DNA from: an uncultured Alphaproteobacteria bacterium
GTDB taxonomy: Bacteria; Pseudomonadota; Alphaproteobacteria; HIMB59; GCA-002718135
Direction of reading: 5' to 3'
NCBI GenBank assembly: GCA_902561355.1
Contig: CACEPG010000002.1
Coordinates: forward strand, 8,607-72,606
DNA: 64,000 nt
The notes beneath the pieces are model-generated. The model made no database searches. It saw only the letters and a list, made by a program, of their open reading frames with translations, and was not told the origin of the DNA. Within the stretch, counting starts at the first letter, position 1. Each line of letters starts with the position of its first letter. Positions 10,164-21,410 of the stretch are shown here, in pieces. The position numbers and the translations under genes are program-made.

Positions 10164-13100
10164 ATGAATATTATAGATTTCGCTTTATCAAAAGCTAGAG
10201 TATTTGTAGGAATATTAATATTTATAATAGTTGCTGGTGCGGCAACTTATGTAAATATTCCAAAAGAAGCTGCCCCAGATGTTAATATTCCTATAATATA
10301 TATATCATTAAGTCAAAATGGAATTTCTGCAGAAGACTCTGAAAGATTATTAGTTAAACCAATAGAAGATGAAGTAAAAAGTGTTGAAGGTATTAAAGAA
10401 GTAAGATCAACTGCTTATTCGGGTGGTGGTAATGTTCTCTTAGAATTCGATGCTGGATTTAATGCTGATCAAGCAATGCAAGATATTAGAGCAAAAGTTG
10501 ATCGTGCAAAAGGAGATCTTCCTAATGAAGCCGATGAACCAACAGTTAATGAAGTAAATATAAGTACATTTCCTATTTTACTTATTTCTTTGGTTGGAGA
10601 TTTACCTGATAGAACTTTACAAGATTTAGCAGTTAAACTTCAAGATGAAATTGAAACTATTGGCAGTGTATTAGAAGCAAAAATTGGTGGTAAAAGAAAT
10701 GAACAAGTAGAAATTTTAATAGATAAAACAGCTTTAGAGAGCTATGGAATTGATTTACAAGTTTTAATTAATACAGTCCAGCAAAATAATATGATGGTAT
10801 CAGCTGGTGGACAAGATACTGGTGATGGAAGTTTCAGTATAAAAGTTCCAGGCTTGTTTGAAACAATTGAAGATGTACTAAATACACCAATTAAAACTTC
10901 TGGAGACTCAGTTATTACTTTTAAAGATATTGCAAAAATCAAAAGAACATTTGAAGATAGGCAATCTTACGCAAATGTTAATGGCTCTAACTCAGTTACG
11001 ATTGAAGTTTCTAAAAGAATAGGAGAAAATATTATTCAAACAATAGATGAAGTTAAAAATGTAACATCGAAAGTCCCTTTTCCTCCTAATGTCAAAGTTT
11101 TGTATAGTCAGGATCAATCAAAGACTATAAAAACCATGCTCAGCAGTCTTCAAAATAATGTTATCGCTGCTATTATTTTAGTTTTAATTATAATCCTTGG
11201 GGCTTTAGGAGTAAGATCAGGTTTGCTTGTAGGATTGTCAATACCAGGATCTTTTTTATCAGGTTTATTAGCTTTATCAGTTATGGGATTTACAATTAAT
11301 ATTGTAGTATTATTTGCTCTAATACTTTCAGTTGGTTTGTTAGTTGATGGTGCAATTGTTGTAGTAGAGTATGCTGATAGAAAATTAAAAGAAGGATTGT
11401 CAATAAAACAAGCATATTCTGAATCTTCTAAAAAAATGGCACTTCCAATAATATCTTCTACTGCTACAACTTTAGCAGCTTTTCTTCCATTGATCTTTTG
11501 GCCAGGTTTAGCCGGAGAATTTATGAAATATTTACCAATTACATTAATATGTGTTCTTACTTCATCATTATTTATGGCACTTCTTTTTGTTCCAGTCCTT
11601 GGTACAGTTCTTAACAATTTGTCACGAATTATCCTTCAAATCCTAATTCCAATGATATCAGCAATTATTATTTTTAACTTAATTTCTTTTGCATCAACTT
11701 ATAATAATTTAAATTATTTATTCATACCCATTAATATTATACAATATTTATTACCAATTATCGTTTTTATATATGTTTTTATAAAAATTATTCCTAGAGT
11801 ATACAAACTTACAACTAACAATGGGGCTGAATTTTCAAATATATCTGAATCTGCAAAATTGTTATCTTCAGAGTCAAAAGAATCTGTTCTAAAAATAAAA
11901 GGTTTTATAGGTTTTTATGTTAGAATAATTAACTTTCTTTTAAATCATCCAGCAAAAGTTATATTCACTGCAATAGCTATACTTGTTTCAGTTAATGTGA
12001 CATATTCGAGAATTGGGTCAGGAGTAGAATTTTTTCCTCAAATTGAACCTGATCTTGCTAAAATAGTTGTATATGCAAGAGGAAATTTATCAGTTGAAGA
12101 AAAAAGAGCTTATGTAAGTCGAGTAGAAAATATTATATTAAAAATTCAAAATAGAAATAAGGAATTCAAAAGTGTGTACTCTTTGAGTGGGAATGTTTCT
12201 GATCAATCTGAAGGATCAGAAGATTTTATTGGATCAATAAGTTTAGAGTATAGTGATTGGAACAAAAGAAGACAATCAAAAGTAATATTAAATGAAATAT
12301 TAAATGAAGCAAAAAAAATTAAAGGAATTAAAGTTGAGTCAAGAGAACAAGAAGGAGGTCCTCCTACTGGTAAACCAATTAATATTAAACTAACTAGCAG
12401 TAACAAAAATTTATTATTACTAGAATCTGAAAAACTAAAAAAATTTATAGAGACCTACCCTGATTTAATGAATATAGAAGACAATTTACCTGCTCCAGGA
12501 ATAGAATGGGAAATTAATGTAGATAGAAAACAAGCTTCTAAATTTGATGTAAACATAAGATCTATTGGTAATGTAATAAAATTAGCAACTAATGGATTAA
12601 AATTAGGGGAATACAGACCGGATGACTCTGATGATAGTATACCTCTTTATCTTAGATACCCAAATGAGGGCAGAACACTTGATACTATTGACAATTTAAG
12701 AATTTCAACGCAAAATGGAATGGTTCCAATTTCTAACTTTGTAAAAATTACAGCTTCAAATACATCAGGAAATATTGTTAGAGTAAATTCTAAAAATGCA
12801 ATCAATATTCAGGCTGATGTAAAACCGGGAGTTTTTGGAGATTTTAAAGTCAGAGAATTAGAATATGTTCTTGGAATTACTAAAATTCCTCCATTTATTA
12901 AAGGTAGGTTAATGACTGATCTTCCTAAATATAATCTAGATACTAATGTAAGAGCTGAATTAATTGGTGAAAATGAAGATCAAAAGCAAGCTCAAGAGTT
13001 TCTTACTAAAGCTTTTAGTGTAGCTTTATTTATGATGCTAATGATTTTACTATTACAATTTAATTCTTTTTATAGTGGTTTTTTAATTTTATTTGCAGTT

Positions 13101-13571
13101 GTTATGTCTACTGCAGGTGTATTTATTGGTTTAATGATTACAGGTCAAGCTTTTGGAATAGTTATGACAGGTGTAGGAGTAATTGCGTTGGCTGGAATTG
13201 TAGTTAATAATAATATAATTTTGATTGATACTTTTGATTTTTTAAAAACCAAAACTTCAAATGTTAAAGAAGCAATAGTTAAAACAGGTGCACAGAGATT
13301 AAGACCTGTATTACTTACTACAACAACAACTGTACTTGGTTTACTTCCTATGGTTACTATGACTAATGTAGATTTTGTTACAAGAGAGATTACTAGAGGT
13401 TCTCCTGATACTCAGTGGTGGGTTCAATTAGCTACTGCTATAGTATTTGGTCTTATTTTTGCAACTATACTGACTTTAATTGTTACTCCTTCTGCTTTAA
13501 TGCTTAGGGAAAATGTGACTAATTGGTATAGAAAAAAAACTAGAAGTTCAGAAGAAAAATTACAAACTTGA
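10164..13571 (+). CDS. RND efflux permease, AcrB/HAE1-like
   Basis: 1135 aa with the AcrB-type layout: TM1, large periplasmic loop, TM2-6, second loop, TM8-12. Strings include GLLVDGAIVVVE and GIVVNNNIILID. It carries an extra hydrophobic insert after TM6 (see findings). Confidence 0.9.
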   Translation: MNIIDFALSKARVFVGILIFIIVAGAATYVNIPKEAAPDVNIPIIYISLSQNGISAEDSERLLVKPIEDEVKSVEGIKEVRSTAYSGGGNVLLEFDAGFNADQAMQDIRAKVDRAKGDLPNEADEPTVNEVNISTFPILLISLVGDLPDRTLQDLAVKLQDEIETIGSVLEAKIGGKRNEQVEILIDKTALESYGIDLQVLINTVQQNNMMVSAGGQDTGDGSFSIKVPGLFETIEDVLNTPIKTSGDSVITFKDIAKIKRTFEDRQSYANVNGSNSVTIEVSKRIGENIIQTIDEVKNVTSKVPFPPNVKVLYSQDQSKTIKTMLSSLQNNVIAAIILVLIIILGALGVRSGLLVGLSIPGSFLSGLLALSVMGFTINIVVLFALILSVGLLVDGAIVVVEYADRKLKEGLSIKQAYSESSKKMALPIISSTATTLAAFLPLIFWPGLAGEFMKYLPITLICVLTSSLFMALLFVPVLGTVLNNLSRIILQILIPMISAIIIFNLISFASTYNNLNYLFIPINIIQYLLPIIVFIYVFIKIIPRVYKLTTNNGAEFSNISESAKLLSSESKESVLKIKGFIGFYVRIINFLLNHPAKVIFTAIAILVSVNVTYSRIGSGVEFFPQIEPDLAKIVVYARGNLSVEEKRAYVSRVENIILKIQNRNKEFKSVYSLSGNVSDQSEGSEDFIGSISLEYSDWNKRRQSKVILNEILNEAKKIKGIKVESREQEGGPPTGKPINIKLTSSNKNLLLLESEKLKKFIETYPDLMNIEDNLPAPGIEWEINVDRKQASKFDVNIRSIGNVIKLATNGLKLGEYRPDDSDDSIPLYLRYPNEGRTLDTIDNLRISTQNGMVPISNFVKITASNTSGNIVRVNSKNAINIQADVKPGVFGDFKVRELEYVLGITKIPPFIKGRLMTDLPKYNLDTNVRAELIGENEDQKQAQEFLTKAFSVALFMMLMILLLQFNSFYSGFLILFAVVMSTAGVFIGLMITGQAFGIVMTGVGVIALAGIVVNNNIILIDTFDFLKTKTSNVKEAIVKTGAQRLRPVLLTTTTTVLGLLPMVTMTNVDFVTREITRGSPDTQWWVQLATAIVFGLIFATILTLIVTPSALMLRENVTNWYRKKTRSSEEKLQT

Positions 13572-14285
13572 AGTTTTGTAAAATAAGATAGTATAAAATA
13601 TTGATATTATATAAATAAAGGCAATTACTGATAATGTAATCCACAAATTTGAAATTAAAGCTATACTAAGAATTACAAAAACTAAAAAAATCCAGTTCCT
13701 AAATTTTTTTTTTACATCTATGGTTTTAAGAGAAATAGTAGGTACTTTACTTATCATTAAAAATGCTATTACAATTGAATTAATAAAATTAAGATAAGCA
13801 TTATTAAAAAAAATTAACTCAAACTCAAAATAAATAAATAAAGGTAATAATATTAGTCCTGAAGCAGCAGGTGAAGGAATTCCTGTAAAGTATTTTTCAC
13901 TATTAATTGGTTTATCAGAAATATATATATCAGCTGTAAATCTTGCTAATCTTAAAGCTGCACATATTACAAAAAAAAGTGTTGAAGCCCATCCAAGTGA
14001 TCCCAATATGTTTGTTGACCACAAATAAACTAAAATACTTGGTGCAACACCAAATGATACAAAATCACTTAGAGAATCTAACTCTGCTCCAAAATTAGAA
14101 TTAGTTTTAAGTTTTCTAGCAAACCAACCATCAAAAAAATCAAAAATTGCTGCAATTAAAATTAAATAAATAGCAATTTGCCAATCTTTATTCAAAGAAT
14201 ACATAATAGATGTAAATCCACTACTTAAACATAATAGTGTTACGAAATTTGGAATATATTTAGTTATAATATTACTGTCATTCAT
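13560..14285 (-). CDS. pssA: CDP-diacylglycerol--serine O-phosphatidyltransferase
   Basis: Has the CDP-alcohol phosphatidyltransferase motif DFFDGWFARKLKTNSNFGAELDSLSD, is multi-TM, and overlaps psd by 4 nt. Confidence 0.8.
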   Translation of the reverse strand: MNDSNIITKYIPNFVTLLCLSSGFTSIMYSLNKDWQIAIYLILIAAIFDFFDGWFARKLKTNSNFGAELDSLSDFVSFGVAPSILVYLWSTNILGSLGWASTLFFVICAALRLARFTADIYISDKPINSEKYFTGIPSPAASGLILLPLFIYFEFELIFFNNAYLNFINSIVIAFLMISKVPTISLKTIDVKKKFRNWIFLVFVILSIALISNLWITLSVIAFIYIISIFYTILFYKTSSL

Positions 14286-14950
14286 TTGATGATTGTATTA
14301 GTAATTTTATCTAATAATTCAGGATTAGAAATAATTGTTTCTCCAGCTATTACTTTTTGACCTTTAGAAACAAGTATATTGTACTCCTTAGGTAAATATA
14401 AATCTACTCTACTGCCAAATTTTATTATACCTATTCTATCACCTTTATTTAATTCTTGATTTACATCAACTTGACAAACAATTCTTCTAGCAATTAATCC
14501 AGCTATTTGAACAACATAAAATATTTTATTATCATGCTCTATAGAAATTACATTTCTTTCATTTTCTTCACTAGATTTATCATAAGATGCATTAATAAAT
14601 TTACCATAATGATAATTAATTTTTTTAATTTTACCACTAATAGGCATTCTGTTGACGTGAACATCAAAAATACTTAAAAATATACTTATTCTATTATATG
14701 GAATTTTTGTATCAGAAGCTTCAATAGGTAGTTTAGATTCACCAACATATGATATTAAACCATCAGCAGGAGAAATAATAAAATTATCATTAGGAACACA
14801 TCTGTTTGGATCTCTAAAAAAGAATAATATAAAAATTAATAATATAATTAAAAAGATACCTAAAATATTAAAAAAAGGTATTATTATAATTGTTAAAATT
14901 AATACCGATACAATATATGTCCAACCTTCAGTATGAAATTTAAATTGCAT
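14282..14950 (-). CDS. psd: phosphatidylserine decarboxylase proenzyme (short type)
   Basis: 222 aa with an N-terminal transmembrane segment and a candidate FGSR self-cleavage site near the C-terminus. It is coupled to pssA. Confidence 0.8.
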   Translation of the reverse strand: MQFKFHTEGWTYIVSVLILTIIIIPFFNILGIFLIILLIFILFFFRDPNRCVPNDNFIISPADGLISYVGESKLPIEASDTKIPYNRISIFLSIFDVHVNRMPISGKIKKINYHYGKFINASYDKSSEENERNVISIEHDNKIFYVVQIAGLIARRIVCQVDVNQELNKGDRIGIIKFGSRVDLYLPKEYNILVSKGQKVIAGETIISNPELLDKITNTIIK

Positions 14951-14982
14951 ATTTTAATTAATTTAGAAGTTCTTATAGAATT

Positions 14983-15534
14983 ATGAATATAAAATCTCTA
15001 ACAATTTACTGTTCATCATCTAATAATTTGGATGATGAATATTACAGGTGTACCAGAGAAATAAGTAAAATTTTATCAAATTATGGAATTTCAATAGTTT
15101 ATGGAGGTGGTCAAGTTGGATTGATGGGAGAATTGGCTAAAACTTCTATAAAATTAGGCAATAAAGTTGTTGGTATAATACCTGAATTTTTAGTCGATAA
15201 AGAAAAAGCATTTTTTGATGATATTGATTTAAAAATTGTAAAAAACATGCAGGAAAGAAAAAAACTTTTATTTGATTTAGGTGATGGATTTTTAATTTTA
15301 CCTGGTGGAACAGGAACCTTAGAAGAATTGATAGAAGTTATTTCATCAAAAAAACTTCAACTTCATAATAAGCCAATAATATTTTATAATTTGAATAATT
15401 TTTGGGAACCTTTATTTAATCAATTTGAAAAAATAATTAATAATAAATTTGCAAATAAAAATTTACAAAATTTGTATGAAGTTATAGATAACACAGATCA
15501 TTTAAAAGAAATTATATATTCATGGAAAAAATAA
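14983..15534 (+). CDS. LOG-family (TIGR00730-type) nucleotide 5'-monophosphate nucleosidase
   Basis: Carries [11 protein letters not shown] and PGGTGTLEE, the two LOG-family signature strings. Length is 183 aa. Confidence 0.8.
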   Translation: MNIKSLTIYCSSSNNLDDEYYRCTREISKILSNYGISIVYGGGQVGLMGELAKTSIKLGNKVVGIIPEFLVDKEKAFFDDIDLKIVKNMQERKKLLFDLGDGFLILPGGTGTLEELIEVISSKKLQLHNKPIIFYNLNNFWEPLFNQFEKIINNKFANKNLQNLYEVIDNTDHLKEIIYSWKK

Positions 15535-16730
15535 AAGTTAAAAACCCTGTTGTAGAAATGAATGGGGATGAAATGACCAGAATAATTTGGGATTATATTA
15601 AAGAACAATTAATTCTTCCTTATTTAGATATAGATATCAAATATTTTGATTTAGGGATTGAAAATAGAAATCAAACAAATGATCAAATTACTATTGATGC
15701 TGCAGAAGCAATTAAAAAATTTAGTGTTGGAATTAAATGCGCAACAATTACTCCTGATGAAAATAGAGTTAAGGAATTCAATTTAAAAAAAATGTGGAAA
15801 TCACCAAATGGTACAATACGAAACATAATTGGTGGAACTATTTTTAGACAACCAATAATTTGCAAAAATGTTCCTAGAATAATTAAAAATTGGAATTATC
15901 CAATTGTTGTAGCAAGACATGCTTTTGGTGATCAATACAAAGCTACAGATACTATAATTGATAAACCAGGAATGTTAAAAATGGTATTTGAACCTAAAGA
16001 TGGATCTAAGGGATTTACAAAAGAAGTTTTTGAATTCAATACAACAGGAGTTGGGTTATCTATGTTTAATCTTGATAATTCTATAAAAGATTTTGCTCGT
16101 TCATGTTTTAATTATGGTCTTGATTTAGGTTGGCCAGTTTATTTATCTACAAAAAATACTATATTAAAAATTTATGATGGTAGATTTAAAGATTTATTTC
16201 AAGATGTATTTGAAAAAGAATTTATAAATAAATTTAAAGAAAAAAATATTGTTTATGAACATAGATTAATAGATGATATGGTTGCGTCAGCACTAAAATG
16301 GGATGGAAATTTTGTTTGGGCATGTAAAAATTATGATGGAGATGTGCAATCTGACTCTGTTGCACAAGGATTTGGTTCATTGGGATTAATGACAAGTGTT
16401 TTAATGACACCTGATGGTAAAACAGTTGAAGCTGAAGCAGCGCACGGTACTGTTACAAGACATTTCAGAAATCATCAAGAAGGTCTTGAAACATCTACAA
16501 ATCCAATTGCTTCAATATTTGCTTGGACAAGAGGGCTTCAGTTTAGAGGTAAATATGATTCAAATAATGAGCTTATTGAATTTGCAAAAAAATTAGAAAA
16601 AACTTGCACCGATACAGTAGAAAATGGGCAAATGACTAAAGATTTAGCTATTTTGATAAATAAAGATCATAAATGGTTGAACACTCAAGATTTTCTCAAA
16701 GCTATAAAAATGAACTTTAAAGCTATTTAA
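15522..16730 (+). CDS. icd: NADP-dependent isocitrate dehydrogenase (about 400-aa eukaryote-like subfamily)
   Basis: The N-terminus [19 protein letters not shown], the string [24 protein letters not shown] and the 402-aa length all fit this subfamily. Confidence 0.9.
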   Translation: MEKIKVKNPVVEMNGDEMTRIIWDYIKEQLILPYLDIDIKYFDLGIENRNQTNDQITIDAAEAIKKFSVGIKCATITPDENRVKEFNLKKMWKSPNGTIRNIIGGTIFRQPIICKNVPRIIKNWNYPIVVARHAFGDQYKATDTIIDKPGMLKMVFEPKDGSKGFTKEVFEFNTTGVGLSMFNLDNSIKDFARSCFNYGLDLGWPVYLSTKNTILKIYDGRFKDLFQDVFEKEFINKFKEKNIVYEHRLIDDMVASALKWDGNFVWACKNYDGDVQSDSVAQGFGSLGLMTSVLMTPDGKTVEAEAAHGTVTRHFRNHQEGLETSTNPIASIFAWTRGLQFRGKYDSNNELIEFAKKLEKTCTDTVENGQMTKDLAILINKDHKWLNTQDFLKAIKMNFKAI

Positions 16731-19395
16731 TTTTAATCAGTTTTCTTTCTATATATTCTATACAATTATTTATTTGAGAAATATCAGATCCTCCTCCTTG
16801 TGCCATATCCTTTCTTCCTCCGCCACCCTTACCGCCTAAAATAGTAGAAATATTTTTAATTTCATGAGACGCGTCAAATCTATCAGCAATATCACTAGAT
16901 ACACCTAAAACTATAGATAATTTTTTTTGATCATTAGAGATTATTAATGATACACTTTTATTTGTATATTTTTTCTTTTGTTCGTCGATAAAACTTTTAA
17001 GAGATTTATTTGGAAAATCCTCAGCAACTAAATAAATAAAATTTATATTATTAATTTTCTTAGTTATAATATTATCAATATTTTTTAAAATAGAATTATT
17101 TTGTTTTAATTTTTCGTATGCTTGATTCAATTCTTTTAAATACATAAGCTTATCATCATAAGAGTTTTTAAAATTATATTCAGGGTTTATAGATTTAATC
17201 TTTAATACTAACTCTTCTATCTGATTTGTTTGTAAGTTTTCTTTTTCAATATAATTTTTTTTTAATTCATTTAAAAACTTTTCCACTGAAATGTTAGAAA
17301 CTGCTTCAATCCTTCTTATACCAGAAGCTACACTAGATTGATTTGTTATTTTAAATTTATTAATTTCTCCAAGTTGAGCAACATGTGTACCTCCACATAA
17401 TTCTTTTGAAAAAAATGAACCATTTTCATCACCCATAGTTACAACTCTTACCTCATCACCATATTTTTCACCAAATAACGCCATAGCACCTTCTAAAATT
17501 GCTTTTTTTTGATCAATAAATTTTATATCCACTTTGCAATTTTTCTTTATTTGATCATTAACAATTTCTTCAATATTTAGAATTGTTTCATTCTCAATAG
17601 AATTACCATGACTAAAATCAAATCTAAGTTTTTCAGAATTTACTAATGATCCTTTTTGTGTGACATGATTACCTAAAGTTTTTCTAAGAGCTGCGTGTAA
17701 TAAATGTGTTGATGAATGGTTGTATTTAATAAGGTTTCTATTTTCAATATTTATTGATGCTTTTATATTATCATTAATTTTACATTTTCCTTTTATAACT
17801 TTACCCGAATGAAGAAAATAATTTCCAAATATTTTTGTTGTATTCAAGACTTCAAATTTAAAATTATCATTTTCTAAAAAACCCAGATCCCCAACTTGTC
17901 CACCACTTTCACCATAAAAAGGGGTTTGATTGAGTATAATTACTGCTGATTGATTTTGTTCAATATTATTTATTTTTTCACCATTAGATACTATTGATAA
18001 AATTTTACATTCTGCTTCTAAATCATTATAGCCTAAAAATTCTGTTGATTCTAATTCAGCAGTTATTTCATACCAAATCTTATCATCTTGAATATCACCA
18101 GTTCCTTTCCAATTTTTTCTAGCTCTTTGTTTTTGATCTAACATTTTTTGATCAAAAGTTTTTAGATCAACCTCTATATTTTTATTTTTTAGATAATCTT
18201 GAGTTAAATCTAATGGAAAACCATATGTATCATATAATTTAAATGCTACTTCTCCATCAAATACATTAGTTGAATTAGAAATTTCTTCTTCTAAAATTTT
18301 AATACCTTTTTCTACAGTTTCTTTAAATTTAGTTTCTTCATTTAAAAGAGTGTTGAGAATAAGATCTTTTGCTCTGTTTAATTCTGGATATGATTCTTTA
18401 ATTCCTTTTAGGAATGTAGGGAATAATTTATGGAATATAGGATCCTTATTTCCTAATGAATGAGCGTGCCTCATCCCTCTTCTCATAATTCTTCTTAAAA
18501 CATAACCTCTGCCTTCATTTGAAGGCATTACTCCATCAGCAATTAAGAATGATGAAGACTTTAAATGGTCAGCAATTACTCTATGACTTGGATTATTAAT
18601 TGATTGTTCATTCCCACTTAAATTAACAGATTCATTTATAATAGGTTGGAATAAATCAGTTGAATAGTTATCATTCGATCCATCTAGAAGAGCTGTCATT
18701 CTTTCCAAACCCATTCCAGTATCAATAGATGGTTTTGGTAAATTTATTCTTTCAGATTTAGTTATTTGTTCATATTGCATAAAAACCAAATTCCATATTT
18801 CTATAAATCTATCTCCATCTTCATTGGGTGATCCCGGAGGGCCTCCTTCATATTTATCTCCATGGTCAAAAAATATTTCAGAACAAGGACCGCAAGGACC
18901 AGTTTCTCCCATTGACCAAAAATTATCTGATGTATTAATTTTAATTATTTTATTTTCAGATAAACCAGCAATTTTTTTCCATAAATTGAAAGCTTCATCA
19001 TCTTCAGAATAAACAGTCACTAATAATCTATCCTTACTTATCGCATATTCTTTAGTTATTAAATTCCAAGCAAGTTCTATAGCTAAATCTTTAAAATAAT
19101 CACCAAATGAAAAATTGCCTAACATTTCAAAGAAAGTGTGGTGTCTTGAAGTATATCCTACATTTTCTAGATCATTATGCTTTCCTCCTGCTCTTACACA
19201 TTTTTGAGATGTAGTAGCTCTATTGTATTTTCTTTTTTCTTTTCCAGTAAATATATTTTTAAATTGTACCATACCAGAGTTAGCAAACATTAATGTTGGA
19301 TCATTATCTGGAACTAAAGAACTTGAATGAATTATTTCATGTCCATTCTTCTTAAAATAATTTAAAAACGTTGATCTTATCTGATTAGAATTCAT
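16723..19395 (-). CDS. alaS: alanine--tRNA ligase
   Basis: 890 aa with [17 protein letters not shown], the editing-domain string [11 protein letters not shown], and a glycine-rich C-terminal DHHA1-type segment [16 protein letters not shown]. Confidence 0.95.
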   Translation of the reverse strand: MNSNQIRSTFLNYFKKNGHEIIHSSSLVPDNDPTLMFANSGMVQFKNIFTGKEKRKYNRATTSQKCVRAGGKHNDLENVGYTSRHHTFFEMLGNFSFGDYFKDLAIELAWNLITKEYAISKDRLLVTVYSEDDEAFNLWKKIAGLSENKIIKINTSDNFWSMGETGPCGPCSEIFFDHGDKYEGGPPGSPNEDGDRFIEIWNLVFMQYEQITKSERINLPKPSIDTGMGLERMTALLDGSNDNYSTDLFQPIINESVNLSGNEQSINNPSHRVIADHLKSSSFLIADGVMPSNEGRGYVLRRIMRRGMRHAHSLGNKDPIFHKLFPTFLKGIKESYPELNRAKDLILNTLLNEETKFKETVEKGIKILEEEISNSTNVFDGEVAFKLYDTYGFPLDLTQDYLKNKNIEVDLKTFDQKMLDQKQRARKNWKGTGDIQDDKIWYEITAELESTEFLGYNDLEAECKILSIVSNGEKINNIEQNQSAVIILNQTPFYGESGGQVGDLGFLENDNFKFEVLNTTKIFGNYFLHSGKVIKGKCKINDNIKASINIENRNLIKYNHSSTHLLHAALRKTLGNHVTQKGSLVNSEKLRFDFSHGNSIENETILNIEEIVNDQIKKNCKVDIKFIDQKKAILEGAMALFGEKYGDEVRVVTMGDENGSFFSKELCGGTHVAQLGEINKFKITNQSSVASGIRRIEAVSNISVEKFLNELKKNYIEKENLQTNQIEELVLKIKSINPEYNFKNSYDDKLMYLKELNQAYEKLKQNNSILKNIDNIITKKINNINFIYLVAEDFPNKSLKSFIDEQKKKYTNKSVSLIISNDQKKLSIVLGVSSDIADRFDASHEIKNISTILGGKGGGGRKDMAQGGGSDISQINNCIEYIERKLIKIK

Positions 19396-19433
19396 TCAAA
19401 ACTAATATAACTTGAAAGCTATATTGTCTAAAT

Positions 19434-19464
19434 AAAAAAAAGCGCCTATCAGCTAATAGGCGCC
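19434..19464 (-). terminator. rho-independent terminator downstream of recA
   Basis: The minus-strand RNA is GGCGCCUAU-UAGCUG-AUAGGCGCU, a 9-bp GC-rich stem with a 6-nt loop, followed by U8. It starts 18 nt after the recA stop. Confidence 0.85.
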
Positions 19465-19481
19465 TTAGTAAATATTATTAA

Positions 19482-20591
19482 TTAATCTTTAATTTCTTCT
19501 TTTTCTTTCTCTTCTTTATTTTCAATTTTTCCTTCCATCATAGCTTTTTCAACTATTCCGGCGTTTTGAAGAATTTGATTTTCTATTTCTTTAGCAATAG
19601 TTGGATTATCATTAAGGTAGGTCTTAACGTTTTCTCTACCTTGTCCTATTTTCGTATCCTTATATGCAAACCATGAACCTGACTTGTCAATGATTTCTGC
19701 TTTCACACCTAAATCTACAAGTTCTCCAAGTTTTGATATTCCTTCTCCATACATAATATCAAATTCAACTACTTTAAATGGAGGAGCAACTTTATTTTTA
19801 ACTACTTTTACTCTAGTCTGATTACCAATAATTTCATCTTTATCTTTAATAGCCCCTATCCTTCTTATATCCATTCTAACAGAAGAATAAAATTTAAGCG
19901 CATTACCGCCTGTAGTTGTTTCAGGACTACCAAACATTACTCCTATCTTCATTCTAAGCTGATTAATAAAAACAACTAGTGTATTAGATTGAGCAATTGA
20001 ACTTGTTAATTTTCTGAGAGCTTGACTCATTAATCTTGCTTGTAGACCAGGAAGTGAGTCCCCCATGTCACCCTCCAACTCTGCTCTTGGTACAAGAGCA
20101 GCAACAGAATCTATAACTAGAACGTCAATCCCTCCAGACTTAATTAAAGAATCTGCAATTTCCAAACCTTGTTCTCCTGTATCAGGTTGTGAAATTAATA
20201 ACTCTTCAAGGTTAACACCTAATTTTTTTGCATATGCAGGATCAAGGGCATGTTCAGCATCAATAAATGCACAATTTCCACCTTGTTTTTGAGATTCTGC
20301 AACAATATGGGTAGCTAATGTTGTCTTACCTGAACTTTCTGGTCCATATATTTCAACAATTCTTCCTTTAGGTACGCCGCCTATACCTAAAGCTATATCT
20401 AAACCTAAAGAACCAGTTGAAATTGATTCTATATCAACATTTGTTTTTGAGCCCAATTTCATTATTGAGCCTTTGCCATAATTTTTTTCTATAAGATTTA
20501 CAGCAGCTTCAAGAGATTTACTCCTATTTTCTTTATCCATTGTATTATTTTCTACTACTTTTAATTTAGCTTGAGACATTTTTTTCTCCAT
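19482..20591 (-). CDS. recA: recombinase RecA
   Basis: Has the Walker A motif GPESSGKTT, the string IDAEHALDP and [31 protein letters not shown]. An alternative start (MSQ...) lies 12 nt downstream. Confidence 0.95.
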   Translation of the reverse strand: MEKKMSQAKLKVVENNTMDKENRSKSLEAAVNLIEKNYGKGSIMKLGSKTNVDIESISTGSLGLDIALGIGGVPKGRIVEIYGPESSGKTTLATHIVAESQKQGGNCAFIDAEHALDPAYAKKLGVNLEELLISQPDTGEQGLEIADSLIKSGGIDVLVIDSVAALVPRAELEGDMGDSLPGLQARLMSQALRKLTSSIAQSNTLVVFINQLRMKIGVMFGSPETTTGGNALKFYSSVRMDIRRIGAIKDKDEIIGNQTRVKVVKNKVAPPFKVVEFDIMYGEGISKLGELVDLGVKAEIIDKSGSWFAYKDTKIGQGRENVKTYLNDNPTIAKEIENQILQNAGIVEKAMMEGKIENKEEKEKEEIKD

Positions 20592-20662
20592 TTAATTGGT
20601 ATATTTTATTAAGATTCTTGCAATTCATGTTTTTTTGTACACGTTTTGTTCTTATTTTAAAA

Positions 20663-20677
20663 GTTCTATTTTTGTTC
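20663..20677 (-). promoter_or_regulatory. candidate alphaproteobacterial-type SOS (LexA) box, GTTC-N7-GTTC, upstream of recA
   Basis: GTTCTATTTTTGTTC reads as GAAC-N7-GAAC on the recA strand, 72 nt upstream of the recA start. A third GTTC lies at 20648-20651. Confidence 0.35.
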
Positions 20678-20778
20678 TCATATGCTTTTTTCAATAAATA
20701 ATTGAATTTGTTATATTTTTTTTTTAATATTAATCTTGAATTATAAATTTCTTTTGATAAATCGAGCAAACTTAAATT

Positions 20779-21186
20779 ATGACTAAAATTTCCAAAAATT
20801 ATAAACCTACCCAAAAAGAAAAGTTTATGAGTGCTAAAATGAAAGAATATTTCAAGCAAAAATTATTAAATTGGAAAAATGAGCTATTAAAGGAATCTTC
20901 ACAAACTTTAAACAATCTTCAAAATGAAAATGAATCAAAGCCTGATTTAACAGATAGGGCTTCAGAAGAAATTGATAGAGCTTTTGAATTAAGAACCCGT
21001 GATAGAGAAAGAAAATTAATTAATAAAATAGATTCAGCTTTAAAAAGAATTGAAGATGGTTCATATGGCTACTGTGAAGAAACTGGAGAGCCTATAAGTA
21101 TAAAAAGGCTTGAAGCTAGGCCAGTAGCTACGCTTAGTCTTGAAGCTCAAGAAATGCATGAAAAAGCTGAAAAAAGATTAAACTAA
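20779..21186 (+). CDS. dksA: RNA polymerase-binding transcription factor DksA
   Basis: Has the coiled-coil tip DLTDRASEEIDRAFELRTRDRERKLI and the C-terminal CEETGEPISIKRLEARPVATLSLEAQ. Three of the four zinc-finger cysteines are replaced. Confidence 0.85.
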   Translation: MTKISKNYKPTQKEKFMSAKMKEYFKQKLLNWKNELLKESSQTLNNLQNENESKPDLTDRASEEIDRAFELRTRDRERKLINKIDSALKRIEDGSYGYCEETGEPISIKRLEARPVATLSLEAQEMHEKAEKRLN

Positions 21187-21212
21187 TTAATAATAATATA
21201 TATAACAATTAA

Positions 21213-21410
21213 ATGACTCAGAATTGTTATAGTGATTTAACTCCAGGAATATTTGTAATTAATGAAAATAAAAAAGATGAATGGGGTGTAGGACAAATTC
21301 AATCTTCTATAAATAATATTATAACAATCAATTTTGAAAATGTTGGTAAAAAAACTATAGATCCTTCAATTATAAAACTTAAAATAATAAATATTAATGG
21401 AATTAGTTGA
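21213..21410 (+). CDS. small conserved protein, DUF3553-like
   Basis: 65 aa. DEWGVGQIQSSINNIITINFENVGKKTI resembles my recollection of the DUF3553 core (WGxGQVQS...VTVNFEHAGK). Not verified. Confidence 0.4.
   Translation: MTQNCYSDLTPGIFVINENKKDEWGVGQIQSSINNIITINFENVGKKTIDPSIIKLKIININGIS

Noticed and set aside
9724-12406. Several 66-155-aa antisense ORFs within the RND adaptor and permease genes
   Set aside because: The reason is the same as above. They are shadows of long, relatively GC-richer conserved genes.
19396-19433. Possible alaS promoter (TTAGAC, 17-nt spacer, ATATTA) ending 7 nt before the alaS ATG
   Set aside because: The hexamers are weak, and such matches are expected by chance in DNA this AT-rich. 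I kept only the adjacent recA terminator as a feature.
20566-20859. 97-aa minus-strand ORF spanning the recA-dksA intergenic region
   Set aside because: It overlaps the 5' ends of both recA and dksA and the promoter and SOS-box region. It is K/N/F-rich with no family resemblance.
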